Shown here: positions 21,044 through 29,941 of the stretch, piece by piece
Layout of the letters: each line of letters opens with the position of its first letter
Numbering within the stretch: position 1 is the stretch's first letter
Assembly: GCA_026196475.1 (NCBI GenBank)
Contig: JAPHTA010000014.1
Location: 934-64,933, forward strand
Direction of reading: 5' to 3'
Origin: Sedimenticola sp.
GTDB lineage: Bacteria; Pseudomonadota; Gammaproteobacteria; Chromatiales; Chromatiaceae
Length of the DNA: 64,000 nt
Notes under the pieces: model-generated
Seen by the model: only the letters and a program-made list of their open reading frames with translations
What the model was told of the DNA's origin: nothing
The model's database searches: none
Translations under genes and position numbers: made by a program

Positions 21044-21351
21044 AACTGCTCCTGTTCTTCAGCGTCACAAAAGTAGCATTAAATCGGTACGGAATACATT
21101 CCTGTCACGCCAAACATCAGTGTGCTTAAGGGTACAGTTCACACGTAAGTTGCGTGGCAGCTCCAACACACTCATCACAGTACCTGAATACTTTTGTTCC
21201 CGGAACTCCCGGTCAAGTAGTCTCTGGCCTGGCCTTTATATAGGGCAACATGGATTTGACCATCAAACATAATTTGCAATGAACATTCATTCTATGCTAA
21301 TTAACAAGGCGTACATGTCCTTTTTTCTTATATGGTAATGGGATATTCCGA

Positions 21352-23283
21352 ATGAGACCCGGCACGAACAAAGCTCACGGTGGTCTGGTTACATCAGCCG
21401 TCCGAGGAACGAACGCAACTCCCATCACTGATTGCATCGTCCAATCCTGGAGACGCTGCCTGGACGAGTATGATCTTGATCCTGAACGACTTCCTGAACC
21501 CATCCTGATCGATCGCTCCGACCTGAAAGAGCGACAGGAGAAATCCTGCCGTCTGGTGGAAATCGCCCGCTCTGAGATGACCAATCTCTATCAACAGGTC
21601 ACCGGTTCAGGACATTCAATCCTGTTGACCGATATTGACGGTGTTGTTCTGAATTACGTGGGTGATCCCATGTTTACCAGTACTGCCGTCAAGACAGCGC
21701 TGCAAACCGGCGCGGTCTGGAGTGAAAAGGCCCAGGGCACTAACGGCATGGGAACCTGCCTTGTGGAAAAGCGCCCGCTGATCATTCACCAGGACGAACA
21801 CTTTTTTTCCAAGAACACACGCCTTACCTGCTCAGCCGCACCTATATTTGACCCCACCGGTCAACTGATAGCCGTACTGGATGCCTCGGGTGAATCGAGT
21901 CAGGCGCAGCAACACACCATGGTGCTGGTCAACATGTCCGCGCAACTGATTGAGAACCGGCTATTCCTCTGCAAGATGCGCGAAAACTACATTCTTCGTT
22001 TCCATAGCCGTCCGGAGTTTATCAGCACCCTGGGTGAAGGGGTTATTGCCTTCGACGAAACGGGCCAGGTTCAGGCAGCCAATCGCAGCGCGCTGTTTCA
22101 ACTGGATATGAAAGACATCATTGGTCGCCCCGTTGAAGAACTGTTTAATCTGCGCACCAACAATGCGCTTGGGAATGCACACAACCAGGCCATGGTGCCG
22201 CTACCGCTGCGGGATGCGAACCAGGGGAGACGTTTCTACGCAAGTTTCCAACCACCTAATCCTGAAAATGCCGCCAAACAGAAGCCCGGCCGGTCAACAC
22301 GGGTCTTCGTACCGGAAGCAGTGAACAATTCACCGACTCTCGAAGGACTTGAGTTTGGTGACAACCGCATGCGTCACAACATTGAACGGGCGAAAAAGCT
22401 TCTCGAACTTGATATACCCTTCATATTGCTTGGAGAGACAGGTACCGGAAAGGATGTCTTCGCCAACGCCGTGCATAAAACGAGTAGCCGGGCAAACAAA
22501 CCATTTATCGCAGTCAACTGCGCATCTTTGCCGGAGACACTGATAGAGAGCGAGCTGTTTGGATATCGGCCTGGAGCCTTTACCGGTGCGAGCAAAGAAG
22601 GATCCAGGGGGAAAATTGCACAAGCCCACGGTGGGACATTATTTCTTGACGAAATCGGTGACATGCCGCTGCATCTCCAGGCACGCCTACTACGGGTACT
22701 GGAAGAGAGGGAAGTCATACCGCTGGGTAGTGAAACACCCATCAAGGTGGATATACGCCTGATCAGCGCGACTCACCGGAATCTTCAGCTGCAGATCGAG
22801 GACGGAAGTTTCCGGGAAGACCTTTTTTACCGGCTGAACGGTATCAGCCTGCAGATGCCCCCACTCCGGGACCGGGAAGACCGACGCTCGCTGATTCAAC
22901 ACATCATGAAGCTGGAGTCAGCGGGTCAAGACAATATCGCTATTCAAGACCAGGCACTGGATGCACTGGAACAGTATGAATGGCCGGGTAATATGCGACA
23001 GCTGCGCAATATCATGCGCACCCTGATTGGCCTATGCGACAACAACCACATTGGTCTGGACGATTTGCCGGAGGAGATATTCAGTGATTGTGGTGACGAT
23101 ACCGGTGAACCAAGACAACGCGCCCGGCCCAGCAACCCCCTGGACATAGCCGAGCGTGATGCAATCATCCGTGAGTTGGAGGCCGCGCACTGGAATGTTA
23201 CGAGGGTTGCCACGAAATTGAACATCAGTCGCAACACTATGTACCGGAAAATGAAACGTTACGATATCAAGCCACCGCGCTAG
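21352..23283 (+). CDS. Sigma-54-dependent transcriptional activator, AcoR-like (N-terminal GAF-type sensor, AAA+ core, Fis-type HTH)
   Basis: It has Walker A GETGTGKD, the sigma-54 contact loop GAFTGA, an arginine-finger region and the C-terminal HTH LNISRNTMYRKMKRY. The ~300-aa N-terminal sensor region resembles AcoR-type regulators. Confidence 0.9.
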   Translation: MRPGTNKAHGGLVTSAVRGTNATPITDCIVQSWRRCLDEYDLDPERLPEPILIDRSDLKERQEKSCRLVEIARSEMTNLYQQVTGSGHSILLTDIDGVVLNYVGDPMFTSTAVKTALQTGAVWSEKAQGTNGMGTCLVEKRPLIIHQDEHFFSKNTRLTCSAAPIFDPTGQLIAVLDASGESSQAQQHTMVLVNMSAQLIENRLFLCKMRENYILRFHSRPEFISTLGEGVIAFDETGQVQAANRSALFQLDMKDIIGRPVEELFNLRTNNALGNAHNQAMVPLPLRDANQGRRFYASFQPPNPENAAKQKPGRSTRVFVPEAVNNSPTLEGLEFGDNRMRHNIERAKKLLELDIPFILLGETGTGKDVFANAVHKTSSRANKPFIAVNCASLPETLIESELFGYRPGAFTGASKEGSRGKIAQAHGGTLFLDEIGDMPLHLQARLLRVLEEREVIPLGSETPIKVDIRLISATHRNLQLQIEDGSFREDLFYRLNGISLQMPPLRDREDRRSLIQHIMKLESAGQDNIAIQDQALDALEQYEWPGNMRQLRNIMRTLIGLCDNNHIGLDDLPEEIFSDCGDDTGEPRQRARPSNPLDIAERDAIIRELEAAHWNVTRVATKLNISRNTMYRKMKRYDIKPPR

Positions 23284-23309
23284 ACTCTCCACCACAACAA
23301 CACCCCGGT

Positions 23310-23325
23310 TGGCCCGGGCCTTGCA
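23310..23325 (+). promoter_or_regulatory. Sigma-54 (-24/-12) promoter motif TGGCCCGGGCCTTGCA
   Basis: The GG-N10-GC spacing is exact, with flanks matching the TGGCAC-N5-TTGCA consensus. It lies in the 70-nt gap between the activator gene and the PTPS-like gene. Confidence 0.6.
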
Positions 23326-23353
23326 ATAGAAGGCTATAGAGTCAACACGCAGG

Positions 23354-23866
23354 ATGCCGAGAATGAATCGTTTTGCCGTGCGCGTTCACCCGGGTGAACT
23401 CCATTTTAACGCAGCGCACTTTATCACCTTCAATCGGAGCTGTGAAAACTTACATGGACATAACTTCCATCTGAGCGTGGAGGCTTGGGGAGAAAAGACC
23501 CCGGATGCCTTCGTCATCGATTTTGTTCTGTTGAACAAGCTTGCCGCCAACATCTGCGAAGAGCTCCATGACGGTGTACTGGTACCAACGGAAAGCGAAG
23601 AGATTACACTCTCCGAACTGGAAAATGACATGCTTGAGATTCGCAGCTATGACAAACGTTTTATCCTGAGTCGAGCCAGCTGTATTCTTTTACCGATAAC
23701 AAATACCACTGCAGAGATGCTCGCGTCCCATATCAGCAACCGTCTTATCGAAAGACTGCGGGCAGATCGGGGAATTGGCAATCTGCAGACACTGAAAGTC
23801 TCTGTAGAAGAAGCGGATCACCAGTGGGGAATCTGTCTGCGGGAGATCACCCATGACCAATACTGA
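23354..23866 (+). CDS. 6-pyruvoyl-tetrahydropterin synthase (QueD/PTPS) family protein of H4MPT clusters
   Basis: The PTPS metal/catalytic motif AAHFITFNRSCENLHGHNFHL is present. The ATG at 23363 has better AGGA spacing and may be the true start. Confidence 0.8.
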   Translation: MPRMNRFAVRVHPGELHFNAAHFITFNRSCENLHGHNFHLSVEAWGEKTPDAFVIDFVLLNKLAANICEELHDGVLVPTESEEITLSELENDMLEIRSYDKRFILSRASCILLPITNTTAEMLASHISNRLIERLRADRGIGNLQTLKVSVEEADHQWGICLREITHDQY

Positions 23867-24404
23867 TCGGGTCGCCTGGGCGATTACTGGCTCCGGACAC
23901 TACCTGAAAGAGTGTATACAGCTGGCCGAACAGCTTCCGGCAGTCGATCTTTTTCTCAGTAAAGCAGCCACCGAGGTGCTCCAGGCCTATGGCATTCCCG
24001 TCAAGCATCTGAAACAGCATTTTCGTATTTTTCATGACAATACCGCCAGTGCGACACCCGTGGGCCTTTTCTATGAGGGAGTCTACAAGCAGTTGATTGT
24101 CGCACCCGCTACATCCAATAGCGTGGCGAAGATGGTTTACGGTATCTCAGACTCACTGGTCACCAACGTTTATGCACAGGCAGGAAAATGCCGGATCCCC
24201 AGTATTGTATTTGCCTGCGACGTCTCACCAACCATGGAGACCGAAGCACCCGGCGGTACCGTCACCGTGTACCCTCGCCGTATTGACCTTGAAAACACGA
24301 AACGCCTGATGGATTTCGAATACACCCGGGTGGTAACCGATCTGCCATCGCTTGAGGCTGCTCTCGACATACCTGCACCATGTCTGAACATCTCCTCTTT
24401 CTGA
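23853..24404 (+). CDS. afpA: AfpA-type flavoprotein (probable dihydromethanopterin reductase)
   Basis: The flavoprotein-fold N-terminus is VAWAITGSGHYLKEC. It overlaps both neighbours and occupies the conserved position in H4MPT biosynthesis clusters. Confidence 0.7.
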   Translation: MTNTDRVAWAITGSGHYLKECIQLAEQLPAVDLFLSKAATEVLQAYGIPVKHLKQHFRIFHDNTASATPVGLFYEGVYKQLIVAPATSNSVAKMVYGISDSLVTNVYAQAGKCRIPSIVFACDVSPTMETEAPGGTVTVYPRRIDLENTKRLMDFEYTRVVTDLPSLEAALDIPAPCLNISSF

Positions 24405-25789
24405 CCGGATCACTGGCCGAAAACAGCCTTCGCCAGGTGCTGCACGAAATGGCGCCGGCGCCGGTCTCCTGGGAAGTGCAACCGCTCAAGGTCAAGGTGG
24501 CGGCGTTGTTGACCGGCGAGATGATAAAACGCCAGTTAGCGGATACCGGAAGCGCCAGCCGCGTGGTGATTCCCGGTCGCTGCCGCGGTAACCTGGTAGG
24601 ATTGAGCGAGCACTATGGCACACCGTTTCAGCGGGGGCCGGATGAACTTCGGGACCTTCCGGAATGGCTGGGGCGGTCAGGACAACCGCCCGATCTGGGT
24701 CAGCACAGTGTGTTGATCTTTGCCGAGATCGTGGATGCCCCCAACCTGACTCCGGCCGCCATCCTGCTCCAGGCCGAACGATTTCGTCAGGATGGTGCTG
24801 ATATCATTGATCTGGGTTGCCTGCCCGATCAGCCATTCACGCACCTGGAAGAGAGCGTCCGGCTTCTCAAGTCAGAGGGGTTCAAGGTCAGTATCGATTC
24901 TCACCGGGAGGAAGAGCTGCTTGCCGGGGGCAAGTCAGGTGCCGATTATCTACTCAGCCTGACTGAAGAGACGTTGTGGATTGCCGATGAAGTAGAGGCC
25001 ACACCCATTATAATTCCTCATACGGCAGGCGACCTGGAGAGCTTGCAGCGCGCATGGGAAAGGCTCCGCTCCAGAGGACGCAGCGGCTTCATAGATCCCA
25101 TTCTTGACCCTATCCATTTCGGTTTTACAGATTCCATTGTCCGCTACCACGAAGTGCGAAAACGTCTCCCGGACGCTCCCATGATGATGGGCGTTGGAAA
25201 TCTGACCGAACTCACAGAGGCGGATACCAGTGGCATCAACGCCTTGCTGTTTGGAATAATATCGGAGTTGCAGGTCGGTGCCGTGCTGACCACCTCGGTC
25301 AGCCCTCATTGCAGGTCCGCGGTGCGGGAGGCTGATCTATCAAGGCGCATCATGTTTCGCGCCAGAACCGACAGCAGCTTGCCGAAACACCTGCATGGCG
25401 GACTCAGTAGCCGCCATGAACGCCACCCTTTTCCTTATGATTCGACGGATATCAGAAAGGCGGCAAACCAGGTTAAAGACCGCAACTATCGTATACAGGT
25501 CAACCAGGAAGGCATCCATGTTTACAATCGCGATGCCCTGCACCAGGCGGAAGACCCATTTGAACTGTTTCCTCATCTTGACGTGGAAGAAGATGGCAGT
25601 CATGCCTTTTATCTCGGCGTAGAGCTGGCTCGCGCCCAGATCGCTCTGCAACTGGGTAAACGCTATACCCAGGACCAGTTACTCGACTGGGGTATCGCCA
25701 CTCGGCCAAAGATAGAGAATCTGCTTGAATACGCCAAACCCGCAAGTACCAAAAAAGGTCGAAAACCTGAATCCAGGAGGAGACGCTGA
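24380..25789 (+). CDS. Dihydropteroate synthase-like pterin-binding protein (H4MPT biosynthesis)
   Basis: The central region is a DHPS-like TIM barrel (DGADIIDLGC, MMMGVGNLTELTEADTSGINA), with an additional N-terminal domain as in methylotroph H4MPT clusters. Confidence 0.7.
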   Translation: MSEHLLFLTGSLAENSLRQVLHEMAPAPVSWEVQPLKVKVAALLTGEMIKRQLADTGSASRVVIPGRCRGNLVGLSEHYGTPFQRGPDELRDLPEWLGRSGQPPDLGQHSVLIFAEIVDAPNLTPAAILLQAERFRQDGADIIDLGCLPDQPFTHLEESVRLLKSEGFKVSIDSHREEELLAGGKSGADYLLSLTEETLWIADEVEATPIIIPHTAGDLESLQRAWERLRSRGRSGFIDPILDPIHFGFTDSIVRYHEVRKRLPDAPMMMGVGNLTELTEADTSGINALLFGIISELQVGAVLTTSVSPHCRSAVREADLSRRIMFRARTDSSLPKHLHGGLSSRHERHPFPYDSTDIRKAANQVKDRNYRIQVNQEGIHVYNRDALHQAEDPFELFPHLDVEEDGSHAFYLGVELARAQIALQLGKRYTQDQLLDWGIATRPKIENLLEYAKPASTKKGRKPESRRRR

Positions 25790-25796
25790 ATGAGGT

Positions 25797-25812
25797 TGGC
25801 CCGGGTTTTGCT
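25797..25812 (+). promoter_or_regulatory. Sigma-54 (-24/-12) promoter motif TGGCCCGGGTTTTGCT
   Basis: It matches the motif at 23310 at 13 of 16 positions and has exact GG-N10-GC spacing. It lies in the 37-nt gap before fhcB. Confidence 0.55.
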
Positions 25813-25826
25813 CCCTCTATTCCACT

Positions 25827-27020
25827 ATGAGTAGACAAAGCAAGCTGAACACTCCGGCATTTATTAGCTGCCCTTTCTGTGCCATGGTCTGTGACGATCT
25901 GTCACTGCCAGCACACAGCGAACCCACGCGCTCACCAGAAATATCCTGCGAGAAAGCCCGCTCCGGTTTTTCCGATGCATTACGGGCCACGCGCAAAACC
26001 CCACTTATCCACGGCAAAGAGGCTACCTGGGAACAGGCGCTGAAACAGGCTGCTAGAATGCTGGCAAATGCCAGCCACCCGCTGATTGATGGTTTGATTG
26101 GCGACTTGCTGGATTGCAAGGCGGCTGCCAGATTGGCGGAAAACTTTGGCGGCACGATCGATCATCTGCATGGTAACGCCATTGCCCGAAACCTGCGCAT
26201 CTACCAGCAAGGTGGTTGGCTAATCAGCAGCATGGGCGAGGTCCGCAATCGCGCTGACCTGGTTATTCTGGTAGGTGAAGAACTGGAAGCAACACACCCG
26301 CGATTGCAGGAGAAACTGTTCGAATCCCCGGAAAGGTTACACGCCAGTGCCCCACCAGCCATCCATCAGCTTGGTCACGACTGCCTCGACCTTCTGTCGG
26401 TAGTGCGCGCCCGCCTTGCCGACAAGCCGGTACAATCCGATATCACTGGAAGTGATGAATTGATCACGCAACTGTCCGCATCTGTCTACCCCGTTTTTGT
26501 CATCGGCTGCCTGCCGGAACAGAGTGCGGAGTTGATTATTCGAACCTGCATCGGGCTGGTGCGTGATATCAATGAGACCCGGCGTGCCGCCCTACTCATT
26601 CTGGGATCGGGTGAGGGCGACACGACCGCACAACTGGGTACCACCTGGAATAACGGTTTCGGCATTCGCACCTCGCATGCCAGGGGTTTCCCGGAACAGG
26701 ATCTGGAGATGCATGCAGGAAGCCGTCTGTTGGAATCCGGGGAGGCCGATCTCCTGGTCTGGATCAGTAGTTTAAGCACGTCACCACCTCCTCAAGTCCG
26801 CCAAAGCACGCTGGTTTTCGGACACCCGGCGATGGTATTCACGCACGGGCCACCGGACATATTTCTGCCGGTTGGCGTGCCCGGTATCCAGCGTGCCGGT
26901 TATCTTCATCGGGCTGATGGGCTTCGAATGGTGCCACTTCACAAGCTTGTCGACAGCACTCTGCCCGGCAGCATCACACTTTGTGAGCACCTGATCTCAC
27001 AGGAACCCAGAACATGTTGA
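25827..27020 (+). CDS. fhcB: Formyltransferase/hydrolase complex subunit B (formylmethanofuran dehydrogenase subunit B homologue)
   Basis: It has the N-terminal CPFCAMVCDDL motif and a FwdB-like fold without a recognisable Mo-binding Cys/Sec context. It is followed by fhcA with an 8-nt overlap. Confidence 0.85.
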   Translation: MSRQSKLNTPAFISCPFCAMVCDDLSLPAHSEPTRSPEISCEKARSGFSDALRATRKTPLIHGKEATWEQALKQAARMLANASHPLIDGLIGDLLDCKAAARLAENFGGTIDHLHGNAIARNLRIYQQGGWLISSMGEVRNRADLVILVGEELEATHPRLQEKLFESPERLHASAPPAIHQLGHDCLDLLSVVRARLADKPVQSDITGSDELITQLSASVYPVFVIGCLPEQSAELIIRTCIGLVRDINETRRAALLILGSGEGDTTAQLGTTWNNGFGIRTSHARGFPEQDLEMHAGSRLLESGEADLLVWISSLSTSPPPQVRQSTLVFGHPAMVFTHGPPDIFLPVGVPGIQRAGYLHRADGLRMVPLHKLVDSTLPGSITLCEHLISQEPRTC

Positions 27021-28648
27021 CACGATTGAAAGGGGCCAGTATCTACGATCCGGTCAATAATCTGAACGGTGTGTGTGGAGATATATGGATCAGGGACGAA
27101 TATATCTGCGAGGCGCCAGACAGCCCGGAAAAGGCGGATGTAACGGTGGACCTGGAAGGCAGAATCCTGATGGCCGGGGCGATTGATATTCACAGTCACA
27201 TTGCCGGCGGGAATGTAAACAATGCCCGTCTGTTGCTCCCTGAGCAGCATATGGCTGAGCGCGGGGCATTTTCCACACTTCCCTTCTCAGCCGCAAAGTG
27301 GTCAGCCCATGATACCGGGTACCGGTATGCGGAGATGGGCTTTACGACGGTGGTTGAACCTGCTGTCTTACCTATCAATGCCGCCCAGGCGCATGCGGAA
27401 TTTGCCGATATACCGATCATCGACACGGCCGGCCTGGCGATTGTCGGCAACGATGACTTTTTGCTTCGCATGTTGCGCCAAAGGGAGGAACAATCCCGAA
27501 TCAATGACTATCTCGCCTGGACACTTCATGCCACACAATGCCTCGGAGTCAAGGTGATCAATGCAGGTGGTGCCACCGCTTTCAAATTCAACCAGAGGCA
27601 ACTTCTTCTGGATGATGAAGTACCCATGTATGGTATGACATCACGCCAGATTCTTAACGCCGTACAGCGCGCTGTTGTTCAACTGGGTATCCGGCACCCG
27701 GTACATGTTCACTGCAATAATCTGGGCATCCCGGGCAACGTAAATACGGCTCTTGACACCATCGAGGCGGCTGATGGTCTGCCCATGCACCTCGCTCATG
27801 TGCAGTTCTATGGTTATGGAAACGACGGAGCGTCTGGCTTTTCATCCGGCGCCAGGGCACTCGCCGATGCCATTATGAAAAACTCCAATATCACGGTTGA
27901 TATTGGGCAAGTGCTATTTGGTCAAACCGTTACCATTTCCGGCGATGTGATGCGTCAGTTCGACGCCCGCCATATCGCGAGCCCCAATAAATGGGTCGTT
28001 TGGGAAGGCGAAGACGGTGGCGGTGGCATTGTACCGTTCCGATATCGACCCAAAAACTTTGTCAATGCCCTGCAGTGGGCGATCGGCCTGGAGCTTTTTC
28101 TGCTGATAGATGATCCCTGGCGGGTCTTTTTTACCACCGACCATCCCAACGGCGCTCCGTTCACCGCGTATCCTGAACTATTCAGATTGCTGATGGACCG
28201 GGATTACAGAAACCAGTGGCTGGATCGAATCAACGCCAAATCGGCAGATATCAGCCTGCTTCCTCACCTGGATCGGGAATATGACTTGAACGAGATCGCG
28301 ATTATGACCCGGGCCGCACCCGCCAGGTTGCTGGGTCTCGATGACCGGGGTCATCTTGCCGCCGGTGCCATTGCCGACATAGCCGTCTATCGGCCGCAAG
28401 CTGACAAGGCCGCCATGTTTGGCAAGGCTGAGTTGGTATTCAAAAACGGCGCCCTGGTCGTTGAAGAGGGGAAGGTCATTCGCTCCGTCCAGGGGAAAAC
28501 CCATGCCGTCTCACCTGAATTCGACAGGCGTATTGAAACCACCATTGGCGACTATTTTGATCGCTATCACCTGATGAAAATGGATCACTACAAACTGGAC
28601 CCGCAGCATCTTCTCGAGACTCTTGGTAGTGAGCTTGTATTCCATTGA
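27014..28648 (+). CDS. fhcA: Formyltransferase/hydrolase complex subunit A (amidohydrolase, FwdA homologue)
   Basis: It has the amidohydrolase signature AGAIDIHSHIAGG and is 544 aa long, typical of FhcA/FwdA. Confidence 0.88.
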   Translation: MLTRLKGASIYDPVNNLNGVCGDIWIRDEYICEAPDSPEKADVTVDLEGRILMAGAIDIHSHIAGGNVNNARLLLPEQHMAERGAFSTLPFSAAKWSAHDTGYRYAEMGFTTVVEPAVLPINAAQAHAEFADIPIIDTAGLAIVGNDDFLLRMLRQREEQSRINDYLAWTLHATQCLGVKVINAGGATAFKFNQRQLLLDDEVPMYGMTSRQILNAVQRAVVQLGIRHPVHVHCNNLGIPGNVNTALDTIEAADGLPMHLAHVQFYGYGNDGASGFSSGARALADAIMKNSNITVDIGQVLFGQTVTISGDVMRQFDARHIASPNKWVVWEGEDGGGGIVPFRYRPKNFVNALQWAIGLELFLLIDDPWRVFFTTDHPNGAPFTAYPELFRLLMDRDYRNQWLDRINAKSADISLLPHLDREYDLNEIAIMTRAAPARLLGLDDRGHLAAGAIADIAVYRPQADKAAMFGKAELVFKNGALVVEEGKVIRSVQGKTHAVSPEFDRRIETTIGDYFDRYHLMKMDHYKLDPQHLLETLGSELVFH

Positions 28649-28655
28649 GGTCTTC

Positions 28656-29228
28656 ATGAGCGAACGGATACATGAAGTTATCGTAGTTACCTGCAATCCT
28701 GATGGATCACCGCATATTGCACCCATGGGCATCCGGCAGCGAGGCAGTCAATTACTGATCGCTCCCTTTCGTCCCTCGAAAACGCTGGACAACCTGCTAC
28801 GGGAGGGGAACGCCAGTATCAACACCACCGATGATGTTCGTGTTTACGCCGGCTGCCTGACCCAACACTTTCAGTGGCCCCTTGTGAAGTGCGAGAGAAT
28901 CGAGGGACTTCGCCTGCGAGATGCGCTGAGCCATGAGGAGATCAGCGTTTATCGGATAAAAGATGATGTCGAGCGACCTGAGCTTGTCTGCGAGCGGATT
29001 CATCATGCCAATCATCGTCCATTCAACGGTTACAACCGTGCACAGGCAGCCGTAATTGAGCTGGCCATACTGGTCAGTCGCTTTCATCTACTCACGCCTG
29101 AAAAACTGGAGAACGAAATCACGTACCTGAAAATCGCCATTGACAAGACAGCAGGTCGTAAAGAGCATGAGGCCTGGGACTGGCTGATGAAGAAGGTTCA
29201 CTCCTATAGGAAGAGGAATTGTGCATGA
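28656..29228 (+). CDS. DUF447 family protein (H4MPT-cluster associated, flavin-reductase-like fold)
   Basis: The N-terminus MSERIHEVIVVTCNPDGSPHIAPMGI is typical of DUF447. The start is at the ATG after GAGG, and an ATGA overlap leads into mfnB. Confidence 0.7.
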   Translation: MSERIHEVIVVTCNPDGSPHIAPMGIRQRGSQLLIAPFRPSKTLDNLLREGNASINTTDDVRVYAGCLTQHFQWPLVKCERIEGLRLRDALSHEEISVYRIKDDVERPELVCERIHHANHRPFNGYNRAQAAVIELAILVSRFHLLTPEKLENEITYLKIAIDKTAGRKEHEAWDWLMKKVHSYRKRNCA

Positions 29229-29941
29229 CCGGTCTGTTGGCCAGCATCTGTTCGACCGAAGAAGCGGCGATAGCTTTGAATGCGTACGCTGACATTATCG
29301 ATTGTAAAGATCCCTCGCGAGGCGCACTGGGCGCACTCGACCCCGGCAAGATCAGGGAAATCGTCAACGCCGTAGATGGGAAACGGCCAGTCAGCGCCAC
29401 CCTGGGGGACCTTCCCCCCGACCCCGAGCGGATAAGAATCGCCATCCGGAAAACAGCTCACTGTGGCGTCGACTACATCAAACTCGGGCTGTTCGATGAA
29501 GCCACCGCAGCCGGCTGCATTGAGGCACTGGAAGAGGTATGCGGACAACATAAACTGATCGCCGTCTGCTTTGCCGACCGATTCGACCCCTCTTCACTCG
29601 TCCCGCTACTCGCCCTGTACGGTTTTTACGGGGTGATGATTGATACTGCGGAAAAGCTATCGGGCCGCCTGACCGATCTCTGGACCCTGGATCGCCTCTC
29701 CCACTTTGTCGACCAGGCTCGACGATATGGACTGGTCTGTGGAGTGGCCGGTCGCCTGACGATTGACGACATTCCCTCTCTGTTGTCGATCAAGGCTGAT
29801 TACCTGGGGTTTCGCAGTGCACTCTGTATCTCTGATCGGACGAGTCGAATTGAACATGAGGCGGTAGTGAAGGCAAGAAATGCCCTGTCGCGTCGCCAGG
29901 ACGCGGCTGCAGTCAGCACACCTCTTCCGTCTGTGCGCTAA
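29225..29941 (+). CDS. mfnB: (5-formylfuran-3-yl)methyl phosphate synthase (methanofuran biosynthesis, DUF556)
   Basis: It is MfnB-like: LLASICSTEEAAIALNAYADIIDCKDPSRGALGAL, including the Schiff-base lysine region. The ATG at 29225 follows GAGGA. Confidence 0.8.
   Translation: MTGLLASICSTEEAAIALNAYADIIDCKDPSRGALGALDPGKIREIVNAVDGKRPVSATLGDLPPDPERIRIAIRKTAHCGVDYIKLGLFDEATAAGCIEALEEVCGQHKLIAVCFADRFDPSSLVPLLALYGFYGVMIDTAEKLSGRLTDLWTLDRLSHFVDQARRYGLVCGVAGRLTIDDIPSLLSIKADYLGFRSALCISDRTSRIEHEAVVKARNALSRRQDAAAVSTPLPSVR

Noticed and set aside
21240-21270. FNR/CRP-like half sites (TTGACCATCAAA) upstream of the activator gene.
   Set aside because: The spacing does not fit TTGAT-N4-ATCAA. Only an 11-nt partial palindrome is present.
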